Notes: generated by a model from the letters alone, not told the origin. A stretch of 64,000 nucleotides of DNA from Opitutia bacterium (GCA_947478395.1 CANJVR010000001.1:800001-864000), one strand, 5' to 3'; shown: positions 1 to 10,822, counted from the stretch's first letter. Program-made: numbers and translations.

Positions 1-60
1 AGAGTATGACGCGACGCGACCGACGCCGACTCGCAGGAAACTTCTACTGAGCAAAAAACC

Positions 61-1578
61 ATGAATACTCCGCTTGGAAAACTTCTCTCGAGCTTCGCCC
101 GCGTCTTCGCGCTGCTTCCACTCGCCGCAACGGCCTTAGCGCAAACGACCGCACCCGCTCCGGCTCCCGCGTCCTCCGCGCCCAAGCCACCCCCGGTGGG
201 CGCGTTCAGCAATGCCAGTCCGATTCTTTTCCGCGAGGGCGGCGCCGGATTGCCGCCGTATCCCGTGGTCGTCCGCGACGAGACACCGCCGGCGAAGGCG
301 GCGCGGATGAAATGGTTTCACGATGCGCGCTTCGGCATTTTTATTCATTGGGGCGTCTACGCGGTGCCGGCGAAGGGCGAATGGTACATGAGCAACGCCA
401 AGGTGCCGCAGGCGACCTACCGCGCGTTTGCCAAAGATTTCACGGCCGCGAAATACGATCCGACGGCGTGGGCCGCGCTCATCGAGGAAGCGGGGGCAAA
501 ATACATGGTCATCACCGCCAAGCACCATGACGGCTTCACGCTTTATGATTCCAAGTTTTCGGATTGGAACGCCGTGAAGACCTCCGCTGCCCATCGCGAT
601 TTGTTGCAACCGCTCGCCGACGCGGTCCGCGCGCGCGGGATCAAGTTCGGCCTTTATTATTCGCAATCGCAGGACTGGAACAATCCGGGCGGCGGCACCG
701 GCAACCGTCCAGCGTGGGACGAAGCGCAGAAGCAGGGCTCCTTCGACGACTACATCACCAAGATCGCCGTGCCGCAGGTGCGGGAAATTCTCGAAAAATA
801 TCATCCTGCGTACCTCTTCTGGGACACCGAGTATTCGATGTCACCGGAGCGCGCCCGGCCGTTCTTCGACCTGATGAGCGAGTATCCCGAACTCATCGGC
901 AACAACCGTCTCGGTGGCGGCGTGCTCGGTGACACGGGCACGCCCGAACAACGCATCGCGACCGATGCCCTCGGCCGCCAGTTCGAGGTCTGCATGACCA
1001 TCAACCGCGCGTGGGGCTATAACGCGACCGACCTCGCGTGGAAGTCCTCGCAGCAACTCATCCGCAATCTCTCCGATATCACGAGCAAGGGTGGAAATTA
1101 TCTCCTGAATGTCGGTCCCGATGCCGAAGGAATAATTCCCGAACCCGAGGTCGAACGGCTGAAAGCGATGGGCCGCTGGCTGCATACAAACGGCGACGCG
1201 ATCTATGGCACCGAGGCCGGCCCGTACGCGAAATCTCCCGAGTGGGGCCGTGTGACGCAGCGTTTTAAACCGAACGGCGGCTCGACGGTGTATGTCCATG
1301 TCTGGAACTGGCCGGCCAATGGAAAAATCGTCCTCAGCGGCGTGCCAGTTGCCGCGCTGTCAGGCAAACTCCTCGCAAACGGCGTGGCCGTCTCCACTTC
1401 AGTTTCACCGGCCGGTCTGATCGTGACCCTGCCCGGCTCCGCTCCGGATCAGGATGTTTCCGTCGCCGCGCTCGAATTTTCCGCCCCGATTCAGGTCATC
1501 GAAACCGTGGCTCGCACCGCCGACTCCAGCTCGAGCGGAACGCCGCTCGATCCCAGCGGCGGAACTCCGCAAAAATAA
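61..1578 (+). CDS. Alpha-L-fucosidase (GH29), secreted
   Basis: GH29 motifs RFGIFIHWGVY, TAKHHDGF, WGY and GGNYLLNVGP; N-terminal signal peptide and Pro/Ala linker. Confidence 0.9.
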   Translation: MNTPLGKLLSSFARVFALLPLAATALAQTTAPAPAPASSAPKPPPVGAFSNASPILFREGGAGLPPYPVVVRDETPPAKAARMKWFHDARFGIFIHWGVYAVPAKGEWYMSNAKVPQATYRAFAKDFTAAKYDPTAWAALIEEAGAKYMVITAKHHDGFTLYDSKFSDWNAVKTSAAHRDLLQPLADAVRARGIKFGLYYSQSQDWNNPGGGTGNRPAWDEAQKQGSFDDYITKIAVPQVREILEKYHPAYLFWDTEYSMSPERARPFFDLMSEYPELIGNNRLGGGVLGDTGTPEQRIATDALGRQFEVCMTINRAWGYNATDLAWKSSQQLIRNLSDITSKGGNYLLNVGPDAEGIIPEPEVERLKAMGRWLHTNGDAIYGTEAGPYAKSPEWGRVTQRFKPNGGSTVYVHVWNWPANGKIVLSGVPVAALSGKLLANGVAVSTSVSPAGLIVTLPGSAPDQDVSVAALEFSAPIQVIETVARTADSSSSGTPLDPSGGTPQK

Positions 1579-1699
1579 AGCGGCCTGAGTCAGGCCACGC
1601 CTACTTCGGCCCGGGCCGGCCGCCCCCCGGCCCCGCCGGATTTTTGCCCGCAGAGTTGCCAATCGACTCCCCGCGCACGACAATCCGCGCTCTTCGTCC

Positions 1700-2155
1700 A
1701 TGTCCGCCGATCTCTCCGAGCTTTATCAACAGGTCATCCTCGATCACAACCGCCGCCCGCGGAATCGCGGTAAACTTCCGACCGCCAATCGCGTCGCCCA
1801 CGGCGACAACCCGACCTGCGGCGATCAGTGCAACGTCTACCTGCGCCTCGACGGCGACCGCATTGCGGAAATTTCCTTCGACGGTTCCGGCTGCGCGATC
1901 TCGCAGGCCAGCGCGTCGCTGATGACAACGCAGCTCAAGGGGAAATCGTCCATCGAAGCCGTGAAACTCTACGACGAATTCCATCGCATCGTCACCACCG
2001 GTGAAACCTCCGATGAGATCAGCGACCTCGCCGCCTTTGCGGGTGTCCATACGTTTCCCGCCAGAATCAAATGCGCCACCCTCGGCTGGCACGCCGCACT
2101 CAACGCCCTCAAGGGCAATCCGGTCGACGCCACGACTGAAACGCACAAGGACTAA
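1700..2155 (+). CDS. sufU: SUF system Fe-S assembly protein, SufU/NifU family
   Basis: LYQQVILDH, NPTCGD, GCAISQASAS, ARIKCATL. Confidence 0.93.
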   Translation: MSADLSELYQQVILDHNRRPRNRGKLPTANRVAHGDNPTCGDQCNVYLRLDGDRIAEISFDGSGCAISQASASLMTTQLKGKSSIEAVKLYDEFHRIVTTGETSDEISDLAAFAGVHTFPARIKCATLGWHAALNALKGNPVDATTETHKD

Positions 2156-2192
2156 GCTCCACCGCGTCCGCGCTGCCCTCGACCTCGTCCGT

Positions 2193-3458
2193 GTGAACCC
2201 GAAACCCGCCACTCAAAACCTGAAGCTGAACGTCGGCGCCCTTCGCGCGGACTTTCCGATCCTGCAGCAGTCGATCAACGGTCATCCCCTCGTCTACCTC
2301 GACAACGGAGCCACATCGCAAAAGCCGCGGGCGGTGATCGACACGCTCGTCCGCTACTACGAGCGCGATAATTCCAACGTTCACCGCGGACTCCACGCGC
2401 TTTCGATGCGCGCCACGGACAGCTACGAAGGCGCCCGCGTTCGCGTGGCAAAATTCATCAATGCTGCTGATCCCGCGGAGATCATTTTTACTCGGGGCAC
2501 CACGGAAAGCATCAACATCGTCGCGCGCAGCTGGGCCCAGGCTCACCTCAAGCCCGGCGACGTGGTTCTTACCACCGAGATGGAGCATCACTCCAATCTC
2601 GTGCCGTGGCAGCAAGCCGCGCGCGCCACTGGCGCCACGATCCGATATGTTCCCGTCCTCGGCGCCGACGCCGAAGGCGGACTCGATCTCGCCGCGCTCG
2701 ACCAGCTGCTCACGCCGCAAGTGAAGCTCTTCGCGTTCACCCACATTTCCAACACGCTCGGCACCATCAATCCCGCCGCCGAACTCTGCCGGCGCGCGCG
2801 CGCCGTCGGCGCCGTCACCGTGATCGATGCCGCGCAATCCATCGGCCACGCGCCGCTCGATGTGCGCGAGCTTGGCTGCGATTTCCTCGCGTTCTCCGGC
2901 CACAAAATGTGCGGGCCCACCGGCATCGGGGTGCTCTACGGCCGCCACGCCCTCCTCGACCAGCTCGCCCCCGACGAAACGGGGGGAGGCATGGTCGTCA
3001 GCGTGACCTACGACGGCGCCACGTGGAAGCCGACGCCCGAACGCCACGAAGCGGGCACGCCCAACGTCGCCGGCGCCATCGGCCTCGGCGCGGCGTGCGA
3101 TTATCTCGACGCGGTCGGTCGTGACGCCATCGCCACGCACGACCATGAGCTCGCCCAACTCGCGCTGGAAAAACTGCAGGTGCTCCCCGGTATTCGCATC
3201 CTCGGCCCCCGCGCCGGCCAGCCGCGGGCCGGGTTGGTGAGCTTCGCGTTCGCTGACATCCACGCGCACGACATCGTGACGTTTGCCGATGAAGATGGGC
3301 TCGCGCTCCGTGGAGGTCACCACTGCAACCAACCCTTGATGCGCAAACTCGGCCTCACGAGCACGACCCGCGCGAGTTTCTACTTTTACAACACGGAGGA
3401 GGAAATCGATGTCCTCGTCGCGAGCCTGAAGCGCATCCAGAAATTTTTCCTAGGTTAG
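2193..3458 (+). CDS. sufS: Cysteine desulfurase SufS (start uncertain; GTG at 2193 chosen within ORF 2001..3458)
   Basis: RADFPIL, YLDNGATSQKP, SGHKMCGPTG (PLP Lys), RGGHHCNQP (catalytic Cys). Confidence 0.93.
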   Translation: MNPKPATQNLKLNVGALRADFPILQQSINGHPLVYLDNGATSQKPRAVIDTLVRYYERDNSNVHRGLHALSMRATDSYEGARVRVAKFINAADPAEIIFTRGTTESINIVARSWAQAHLKPGDVVLTTEMEHHSNLVPWQQAARATGATIRYVPVLGADAEGGLDLAALDQLLTPQVKLFAFTHISNTLGTINPAAELCRRARAVGAVTVIDAAQSIGHAPLDVRELGCDFLAFSGHKMCGPTGIGVLYGRHALLDQLAPDETGGGMVVSVTYDGATWKPTPERHEAGTPNVAGAIGLGAACDYLDAVGRDAIATHDHELAQLALEKLQVLPGIRILGPRAGQPRAGLVSFAFADIHAHDIVTFADEDGLALRGGHHCNQPLMRKLGLTSTTRASFYFYNTEEEIDVLVASLKRIQKFFLG

Positions 3459-3461
3459 ACG

Positions 3462-3485
3462 GGGAGCGCAGCCGCCCCCGGCCGC
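3462..3485 (+). repeat. REP-like repeat, family A (GGGAGCGCRGCCGCCCCCGGCYGC)
   Basis: Near-identical to the reverse complement of 50099-50122; related copies at 6270-6285 and 50066-50088; lies between converging genes. Confidence 0.6.
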
Positions 3486-3522
3486 ATTCTTGCCGGAGCA
3501 GACGAGGGCGGCCGCACTCCCT

Positions 3523-4821
3523 TCAAACAAAACTCCAGCCCCAGCCGGCCAAGCCGCCAGCGAGTACGATCCAGCCGAGGCCAACTTTCCCCCACTGCAT
3601 CGCCGCAAACGCCGCCACGCTCGCTACCGCCACGAACCAGTCCGGGCCACCGCCAAATCCCGACGGCCACACCGTGTGTCGCGCAAACCATACCGCGAGA
3701 TTCAAGATCACGCCGACCACCGCCGCGGTGACCGCGGCCAGCGCCGCGCTCAGCCGCGGGTTATCACGCAAGCGCTCCACGTAAGGCGCGCCCACCAAGA
3801 CAAAAAGATAGGTGGGCACGAATGTGACCCACGTCGTCATCGCCGCGCCGAACGTCGCGGCGCCGAGCGGTGGCAAGGTCCCCGGCTGCTGCCAGCCCGC
3901 GAGAAACCCGACGAATTGCAGCACCATGATCAGCGGCCCCGGCGTCGTCTCCGCAAACGCCAGGCCGTCGAGCATCTGCGTGGCGCCAACCCAGTGATAA
4001 TTCTCGACCGCCTGCTGTCCGACATACGGCAAAACCGCGTAAGCGCCGCCAAACGTCACGACGGCCGCCTTGCTGAAAAACCAACCGAGTTGGACGTAGA
4101 GACCGTCCCAACCCTGCGTCAATCCCGCGACCAGCACGGGCGCGAACCACAACGCCGCGCCGATCCCCGCAATCCGTGCCGTCCTGCCGAAGGAGGGGTG
4201 CGTTGACCCGAACGCACCGTGCGCCCCGCCCGCTTTCACCTCGCCGCTTCCCTTCCTCCTCGTCGTCGCAAACGCCGCCGGCCAGATCGTTTCGCCGAAA
4301 AATCCAACCGCGAGGGCCACAAACACCACCGCCGGAAACGGCGTCTGCCAAAAAGCCAGGGCCGCGAAAGCCGCCGCCGCGAGACTCCACCCCACGGCGT
4401 TCTGCCGTGCCTTGCGACCGACGCTTAGTACCGCGGCAAACACGATCGCCAGCACGGCCGCTTTTAGTCCGTGAAAAATCGCTTCCACCGCGGGCACCGT
4501 TCCGTAGCTCACATAAATCCAGCTCAACGCCCACAGCGCGATGGCCCCCGGCAGTACGAATAACACGCCCGCGACCAACCCGCCGCGCACGCCATGCAAG
4601 AGCCAGCCGCAATACGTCGCGAGCTGCGTCGCCTCAGGCCCCGGGAGCAGCATGCAGAAATTCAGCGCGTGCAAAAACCTCGCCTCCTCCACCCAACGCC
4701 GCTTCTCCACCAGTTCGCGATGCATCACCGCGATCTGTCCCGCCGGCCCGCCGAAACTGGTGCATCCCAGCTTCAGCCAAAACCGGAAAGCCTCGCGAAA
4801 GGTCGGATGCGGATGGCTCAT
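3523..4821 (-). CDS. chrA: Chromate efflux transporter (long-chain CHR)
   Basis: SFGGPAGQIAVMH, LPGPEATQ, FGGAYAVLP and ETTPGPLI motifs; start taken at MSHPHP. Confidence 0.92.
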   Translation of the reverse strand: MSHPHPTFREAFRFWLKLGCTSFGGPAGQIAVMHRELVEKRRWVEEARFLHALNFCMLLPGPEATQLATYCGWLLHGVRGGLVAGVLFVLPGAIALWALSWIYVSYGTVPAVEAIFHGLKAAVLAIVFAAVLSVGRKARQNAVGWSLAAAAFAALAFWQTPFPAVVFVALAVGFFGETIWPAAFATTRRKGSGEVKAGGAHGAFGSTHPSFGRTARIAGIGAALWFAPVLVAGLTQGWDGLYVQLGWFFSKAAVVTFGGAYAVLPYVGQQAVENYHWVGATQMLDGLAFAETTPGPLIMVLQFVGFLAGWQQPGTLPPLGAATFGAAMTTWVTFVPTYLFVLVGAPYVERLRDNPRLSAALAAVTAAVVGVILNLAVWFARHTVWPSGFGGGPDWFVAVASVAAFAAMQWGKVGLGWIVLAGGLAGWGWSFV

Positions 4822-4995
4822 CGTTCCACGCTCCTGCGACGAGCGAGCCTCGCAATCCAGAAAAACGCGGACACCGCGTGCAACGCATTGCTTTTCACTC
4901 GCCCCGAACCCGTGGGCCGGAGCCACGAGGCCAGCGCCCATTGACAGCTTTCGGTCCATCGGGCCATCGTCGCAGCTGATTTTTCTCTTCTCTTT

Positions 4996-6048
4996 GTGAG
5001 TAAGACTCCCCCGCTCAAGCCCATTGCTCCAATTCGATCCGCGGCGGAGTTCGCCCGGTACGTCGGGCTTGCCCGCACGACGGTGTCGCGCGTGCTCAAC
5101 GGCCAGCCCGGGCTCAAGGCCAAAACCATCGCGCAAGTCCACGCGGCGATGGAAGCGACGGGGTTCACGCCCAATGCCTACGCGCTACACCTCAAGGGCA
5201 AGCGCACCGCCACGATCGGCATCTGCATGGAGGATTTACTCACACCGCCTGCGGTGAAAAAACTGGCGGCCCTGCAGCGCCTCTTGCGCGCCCGCCACTA
5301 TGCTTCGCTGATCGAGGTGCTCGATCCGGGTCACAGCCGCCGCGTCGTCCGACATTTTCTTTCGATGCGGGTCGAGGCCATCGTTTTTATCGGCCATTTC
5401 ATCGAGGAGGAGATCACGCAACGCATCCAGGAACTGACCGCCCACAACCTGCCGCACCTCGTGATCGACCAGCCTAATATTGGCGGCGCCAACACCGTCA
5501 CGCTCGACCGCGCCGCAGGAATGGCCGCCGTGGTCGAACATCTGCTCGCGCTGGGCCACACGCAGTTTGGCTTGCTCGGAATGAGCAGTTCGCTCCGCAC
5601 CGTGCAGGATCGCGTCGAGGGCGTGCGCGATACGCTCCGGGCCCACCGGCTTGATTTCGACCGGTCGACCCACTCGCTCGATCATCTTCATGTGCGCGCC
5701 CGCGACTTTGACTACGGCCGGGCCCTCGCACGGAGTTTTGTCGCGGAGAAAAAATATCCCACGGCCTTCCTGGCGCTAAACGACGAGATCGCGATCGGCG
5801 CGATTCACGGCTTTCAGGATGCCGGCCTCGGGGTGCCGCAGGATGTGTCCGTCACGGGCTTCAACAACCAAGACATCTGCATCATGTCCACGCCGGCACT
5901 GACCAGCGTGGATCAGCAGATCGACGCGACCGCCGAGGCCGCCGCCGAAAGTTTGTTCGCACAAATGAACCCTGCCCATCGGCGCCGGGCTCAGGTCCGC
6001 ACGATCGCACCGCAACTCGTCGTCCGCGGATCAACCGGTCCAGTCTAA
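4996..6048 (+). CDS. LacI-family transcriptional regulator
   Basis: HTH ARYVGLARTTVSRVLNG, GFTPN hinge, VPQDVSVTGFN, PALTSV, LVVRGST. Confidence 0.92.
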   Translation: MSKTPPLKPIAPIRSAAEFARYVGLARTTVSRVLNGQPGLKAKTIAQVHAAMEATGFTPNAYALHLKGKRTATIGICMEDLLTPPAVKKLAALQRLLRARHYASLIEVLDPGHSRRVVRHFLSMRVEAIVFIGHFIEEEITQRIQELTAHNLPHLVIDQPNIGGANTVTLDRAAGMAAVVEHLLALGHTQFGLLGMSSSLRTVQDRVEGVRDTLRAHRLDFDRSTHSLDHLHVRARDFDYGRALARSFVAEKKYPTAFLALNDEIAIGAIHGFQDAGLGVPQDVSVTGFNNQDICIMSTPALTSVDQQIDATAEAAAESLFAQMNPAHRRRAQVRTIAPQLVVRGSTGPV

Positions 6049-6269
6049 TCTGGCGCGAGAGCGGAACGGCTCCGGGCACTCCCCACGATTTCCTCCTCGT
6101 CAACGACCCGCGCGGCGGATCGTTCATCGGCGAGCTGCCAGCTCAAAACGTCTGCGACCAGCGGGATAACCTTCACGCTAATCAGCCGCACGAACATCCC
6201 GACCAACAGCGGAAGCATCACCACCTCGAACAACCTCGACTCTTTCGTCGCAAACTACGGCGCCGCCAC

Positions 6270-6285
6270 GCGGCCGCGCTCCCAC
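6270..6285 (-). repeat. REP-like repeat, family A, partial copy
   Basis: GCGGCCGCGCTCCCAC is identical to 50109-50124. Confidence 0.45.
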
Positions 6286-6406
6286 CGGGACTACGCCTTA
6301 GTCGCTCCCTCGACACGACGCCACAATCCGCTTGCCGCCCCGCCGACATGCGCGTGAATCCATCGTTACGTCCACGTCCACGTCCGCCAACCCCACCCTC
6401 CCGCCC

Positions 6407-7447
6407 ATGCCCCGCCCTGTCACCCTCTTCACCGGCCAGTGGGCCGATCTCCCCCTCGAAACGCTCGCACCCCTCGTCAAGAAAATGGGCTACGACGGCG
6501 TGGAGCTCGCCTGCTGGGGCGACCATTTCGACGTCGACCAAGCCGCGAATTCCAAAAAATACGTCCATGACAAATGGGCGCTGCTGAAAGCCCACGGTCT
6601 CACCTGCTACGCGATTTCCAGTCACCTCGTCGGACAGGCCGTGTGCGACCGCATCGACGAACGTCACCAGGCGATCCTGCCCGCCGACGTCTGGGGCGAC
6701 GGCGATCCCGAGGGCGTCCGCAAGCGTGCCGCCCGCAAACTCATCACCGCCGCCCGTGGCGCCCGCGCTTTCTTCGACGCCAAGCCGGGGCGTAAAAACG
6801 GCGACGACTTTCCCGCCGTGGTAAACGGCTTCACCGGCTCCAGCATCTGGCACTCGATCTACGCTTTCCCGCCGACGTCGCAGGCCTACTGGGACGCCGG
6901 CTATGCCGATTTCGCCAAGCGCTTCGGTCCGATCCTCGACGCCTTCGACAAGGTCAACGTGAACTTCGCCCTCGAGGTTCACCCCACCGAGATCGCGTTC
7001 GACATCGCCAGCGCGCAACGCGCCCTCGCCGCCGTCAAGGATCACAAGCGCTTCGGTTTCAACTACGACCCCTCGCACCTCGGTTACCAAGGCGTCGACT
7101 ACGTGAAGTTCATCCGCACCTTCGGCAACCGCATCCATCACGCCCACATGAAGGACGTGTGGTGGGGTCACGGCGACGGCACGGTCGGCACCTTCGGCGG
7201 CCATGTGAGCTTCGGCGATGCCCGACGCGCCTGGGATTTCCGCTCGCTCGGTCACGGCGACATCAATTTCGAGGAGATCATCGTTGCGCTCAACGATGTC
7301 GGCTATCGTGGTCCGCTTTCCGTCGAATGGGAAGACAGCCGCATGGATCGCATTCACGGTGCCGCCGAGGCCGCCGCCTTTCTTCGGAAACTAGATTTCC
7401 CCTCGAGTGCGATCGTCTTCGACGCGCAGTTCGACAAAAAAGGCTAG
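6407..7447 (+). CDS. Sugar phosphate isomerase/epimerase (xylose-isomerase-like TIM barrel)
   Basis: [51 protein letters not shown]. Confidence 0.88.
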   Translation: MPRPVTLFTGQWADLPLETLAPLVKKMGYDGVELACWGDHFDVDQAANSKKYVHDKWALLKAHGLTCYAISSHLVGQAVCDRIDERHQAILPADVWGDGDPEGVRKRAARKLITAARGARAFFDAKPGRKNGDDFPAVVNGFTGSSIWHSIYAFPPTSQAYWDAGYADFAKRFGPILDAFDKVNVNFALEVHPTEIAFDIASAQRALAAVKDHKRFGFNYDPSHLGYQGVDYVKFIRTFGNRIHHAHMKDVWWGHGDGTVGTFGGHVSFGDARRAWDFRSLGHGDINFEEIIVALNDVGYRGPLSVEWEDSRMDRIHGAAEAAAFLRKLDFPSSAIVFDAQFDKKG

Positions 7448-7479
7448 AGCGGTTTAACCAAAAGCATCGCCGCTCACGA

Positions 7480-7512
7480 CGTTTCGGCAGGCGTCCGTGC
7501 CTGCCGAAACGC
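7480..7512. repeat. Intergenic hairpin with a 13-bp perfect stem
   Basis: CGTTTCGGCAGGC-gtccgt-GCCTGCCGAAACG. Confidence 0.6.
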
Positions 7513-7514
7513 AT

Positions 7515-7590
7515 ACGCCAAACCCCGCCGGCCGAGACGCCCGCCGCTACCCTCCAAAAAACGGCCACGGAAAAACTTAAACCGCATTAA
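7515..7590 (+). repeat. Dispersed repeat B copy 1 (REP-like, contains GCCGCTAC)
   Basis: First 38 nt match 20856-20893 with 4 mismatches; both copies continue into CGGCCACGGAAAAA. Confidence 0.65.
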
Positions 7591-7673
7591 CCCTTCGTTA
7601 CGGGTAGCGACCTTCGGACTCCGAATCATCTTCTACTCACTCCTCGCTACTCACTCCTTGCCCCTTTTTTACC

Positions 7674-8831
7674 ATGAATCGCAAACTTCGCTTTGGGATG
7701 ATCGGCGGCGGTCGCGGCGCCTTTATCGGCGCGGTGCATCGCATCGCCGCGCAAATGGACGGAAAAGCCCAGCTGGTTGCCGGCGCTTTTTCCTCCGATC
7801 CCGATCGCTCGCGGGCGTCCGGCGCCGATCTTTTCCTCGAGCCATCCCGCGTCTACGGCACCTACGCCGAGATGGCGCGAGCCGAAGCGAAACGACCAGA
7901 GGATCAACGTCTCGATTTTGTCGTGATCGTGACGCCCAACCATCAGCACTTCGGACCCGCGAAATGTTTTTTGGAATCGGGTTTCAATGTCATCTGCGAC
8001 AAGCCGGTGACGTTCAATCTGACCGAAGCCCGCGCCCTCGAAAAGATCGTGCGGAAGACCGGCAAAGTTTTCGTGCTGACCCACAATTACACGGGTAACG
8101 CGATGGTGAAGCAGGCGCGCGATCTCGTGCGCACCGGCGTGCTGGGCGAACTGCGTAAAGTCGTCGTCGAATATCCCCAAGGCTGGCTTTCGACCCATTT
8201 GGAAAATTCCGGCCAGAAACAGGCGAGCTGGCGCACCGATCCGAAGCGCAGCGGCGCCGCCGGCTGCATGGGCGATATCGGCACGCACGCGGAAAATCTT
8301 GCGCGTTACGTCACCGGACTTGCGATCGATTCCCTGTGCGCCGACCTCACCACATTCGTGAAGGGCCGACGCCTGGACGACGACGGCAATGTCCTGCTCC
8401 GCTTCAAGGGCGGCGCAAAAGGGGTGCTGCATGCCTCGCAGATTTGCGTCGGCGACGAAAATAACCTGAACCTGCGCGTCTACGGCGAAAAGGCCGCGAT
8501 CGAGTGGCACCAGGAACACCCGAACGAGCTCGTCGTGAAATTCCCCGACCAGCCGCGTCAAATCTGGCGGCGCGGCAACGGCTACAACGGCGCCACGGCC
8601 CAGCGCTTCACCCGGATCCCGGCGGGACATCCCGAGGGTTATCTCGAAGCCTTCGGCAACGTGTATCAGGAAGCCTTCCGCGCCATCGCCGCTGAGGTCG
8701 CGGGCGAACCGCTGCCGAAAGATCTCGATTTTCCCACGATCGCGGACGGCGTGGAAGGCATGGCCTTCATCGCGACCGTCGTGAAATCATCCAAGCTGGG
8801 TGCAAGGTGGGTAAAGTTTCCGAAGGTCTGA
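7674..8831 (+). CDS. Gfo/Idh/MocA family oxidoreductase
   Basis: [42 protein letters not shown]. Confidence 0.92.
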   Translation: MNRKLRFGMIGGGRGAFIGAVHRIAAQMDGKAQLVAGAFSSDPDRSRASGADLFLEPSRVYGTYAEMARAEAKRPEDQRLDFVVIVTPNHQHFGPAKCFLESGFNVICDKPVTFNLTEARALEKIVRKTGKVFVLTHNYTGNAMVKQARDLVRTGVLGELRKVVVEYPQGWLSTHLENSGQKQASWRTDPKRSGAAGCMGDIGTHAENLARYVTGLAIDSLCADLTTFVKGRRLDDDGNVLLRFKGGAKGVLHASQICVGDENNLNLRVYGEKAAIEWHQEHPNELVVKFPDQPRQIWRRGNGYNGATAQRFTRIPAGHPEGYLEAFGNVYQEAFRAIAAEVAGEPLPKDLDFPTIADGVEGMAFIATVVKSSKLGARWVKFPKV

Positions 8832-8879
8832 TTGCCCCGACATGGCGAGCCGTCGAAGGCGACGCGCCATGACCAGGCC

Positions 8880-9503
8880 CTACTTCGCTCCGCCCGCTGC
8901 ATTCTTCGCCACCCAGGTCTCGTACGCCTTCCGCGGCACGAAACGCAGCGACGCGCTGTTGATGCAGTAGCGTAATCCGGTCGGCTCCGGGCCGTCCACA
9001 AACACGTGCCCCAGATGCGCGCCGTCGACATTCGAGTGCACCTCGACGCGACGCATGCCGAAACTTGTGTCGACGGTCTCCCCCACAAAAGCTTGCTCAA
9101 TCGGCTTCGAGAAACTCGGCCAGCCGGTGCCCGACTCAAATTTATCCCGGCTATCGAACAGCGGCGTGTCGCTGCAGACGGAGAAGTAAACGCCGTCCGC
9201 GTGGTTGTTATAATACTCGTTCTGAAACGGCGGCTCGGTCCCTTGCTGGCGCGCCACGCGAAACTGGATCGGAGTGAGTCGCGCTTTCCACTCGGCGTCG
9301 CTGCGCTGGATCTTCGTTTTGCTCAGGTCGATCACGACATTCGACGGCAGCCCGCACGCGGAGATCTCGCCGGGCAGGCAAACCAACGCATCTTTAACGG
9401 CAGGAACCGCGGAAATTTCAGGAGTCTTGGTTTTCATTTCAGCAAAGGCGAAACCCGCGACGATCGCGGCGGCGCCGACAAAAATTAGCACCCGTGGGTT
9501 CAT
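8880..9503 (-). CDS. msrB: Methionine-R-sulfoxide reductase MsrB, exported
   Basis: GTEPPF, KFESGTGWPSF, HLGHVF, GLRYCINSASL; N-terminal signal peptide. Confidence 0.93.
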   Translation of the reverse strand: MNPRVLIFVGAAAIVAGFAFAEMKTKTPEISAVPAVKDALVCLPGEISACGLPSNVVIDLSKTKIQRSDAEWKARLTPIQFRVARQQGTEPPFQNEYYNNHADGVYFSVCSDTPLFDSRDKFESGTGWPSFSKPIEQAFVGETVDTSFGMRRVEVHSNVDGAHLGHVFVDGPEPTGLRYCINSASLRFVPRKAYETWVAKNAAGGAK

Positions 9504-9532
9504 GGGGAAAGTGCAAGGCGGCCGAATCAGGT

Positions 9533-10822
9533 TTATTCCGACCTGACCGGCACCGTGCCGTCGGCAAACTCCGCGGTCAACTTCTGCCCGGAACTCACCG
9601 CCGCGCGCCGCAACACGGGCCGCCCCGCTTCATCACGTATGATCGCAAACCCGCGATTCAACACCGACGCCGGGCTCGCCGCTTGCAACCGTTTCCATAG
9701 CGCCAGCAACCGGTGCGACTCCAATTGTACCCGTCCTTCGGGCGACACCCGCGCCAAACCCGCGCGGGCTTCGTTCAACGCCTGCCGCCGCGACTGCGTT
9801 GTCCCACGCAGCGCCGCCGCCAGCCGGTTCGACAGATCGTCCAAGCGCAAGAATCCTTGTTCGATCTGCGCCGACGGCGAAAGTAGGCGCAACCGCGACC
9901 GCGCATGATCCAGGCGTTCCCGTGCTTCGGCGGCCGCCCGCTCGAGGGCCGTCGCCATAGCCGCGCCCGCCTGCTGCGCCCGTTCCGCGCATGCCACAAA
10001 GGTGCTCGAGATCAACTCCGCGGCCGCACTCGGCGTTTCCGCGCGCACGTCCGCCGCAAAATCGCAGAGCGTAAAATCGATCTCGTGGCCCACCGCCGAT
10101 ATCACCGGCACCCGGCACGCCGCTACCGCGCGCACCAGCACCTCCTCGTTGAACGCCCACAAATCCTCCGTGCTGCCACCGCCGCGACCGATTACGATGA
10201 GATCGAAAATTCCCAACTCCTGCGCCAGCCCAAGCATCGCCGCCATTTCCGCCGCCGCGCCGTCGCCCTGAACTTTCACCGGTAATACCACGACCCGCCC
10301 GCGCCAACCGCGCCGCACGAAAATGCGCACGAAATCCTGCACGGCCGCGCCCGTTGCCGACGTGACAAATCCCACCGTTGCCGGCATCGCAGGTAGCCGC
10401 CGCTTTTTTTCCGGCGCGAACAGTCCTTCCGCCGTCAGCCGCGCTTTCAGCGCCTCGAACTCGCGCTGCAATTTCCCCACGCCGTCCTCGACGATCGCGC
10501 GCACGATCAACTGATATTGTCCGCGCGCTTCGTAGACGCTCACCTCGCCGAGCACCACCACCTGCAGGCCGTCGCGTAACTTTACCGTTTGCCGCAGCGC
10601 ATCGCCGCGAAACAACACCGCGCTCACCTGGGCCGCGGCATCCTTCAGCGAAAAATAAACGTGGCCGCTGCCCTGCGCCCGCACGTTCGAAACTTCGCCC
10701 CGCACCCACGCCAGCCCGATGCTGCTTTCGAGCAGCGTTTTCACGCGACGCGTGAATTCACCCACCGACTCAACCTGGGTTTCGCCCTGCGCGCCGAAAA
10801 GCGTTTCCGAGTCGGGTCTCAT
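9533..10822 (-). CDS. xseA: Exodeoxyribonuclease VII large subunit
   Basis: WVRGEVSN, SGHVYFSLKD, RGGGSTEDLWAFN, VGHEIDFTL, ETPSAAAE. Confidence 0.95.
   Translation of the reverse strand: MRPDSETLFGAQGETQVESVGEFTRRVKTLLESSIGLAWVRGEVSNVRAQGSGHVYFSLKDAAAQVSAVLFRGDALRQTVKLRDGLQVVVLGEVSVYEARGQYQLIVRAIVEDGVGKLQREFEALKARLTAEGLFAPEKKRRLPAMPATVGFVTSATGAAVQDFVRIFVRRGWRGRVVVLPVKVQGDGAAAEMAAMLGLAQELGIFDLIVIGRGGGSTEDLWAFNEEVLVRAVAACRVPVISAVGHEIDFTLCDFAADVRAETPSAAAELISSTFVACAERAQQAGAAMATALERAAAEARERLDHARSRLRLLSPSAQIEQGFLRLDDLSNRLAAALRGTTQSRRQALNEARAGLARVSPEGRVQLESHRLLALWKRLQAASPASVLNRGFAIIRDEAGRPVLRRAAVSSGQKLTAEFADGTVPVRSE

Noticed and set aside
6045..6233. 62-aa minus-strand ORF (MFEVVMLPLL...)
   Set aside because: No recognisable motif and a weak TTG start; cannot be supported, though not excluded
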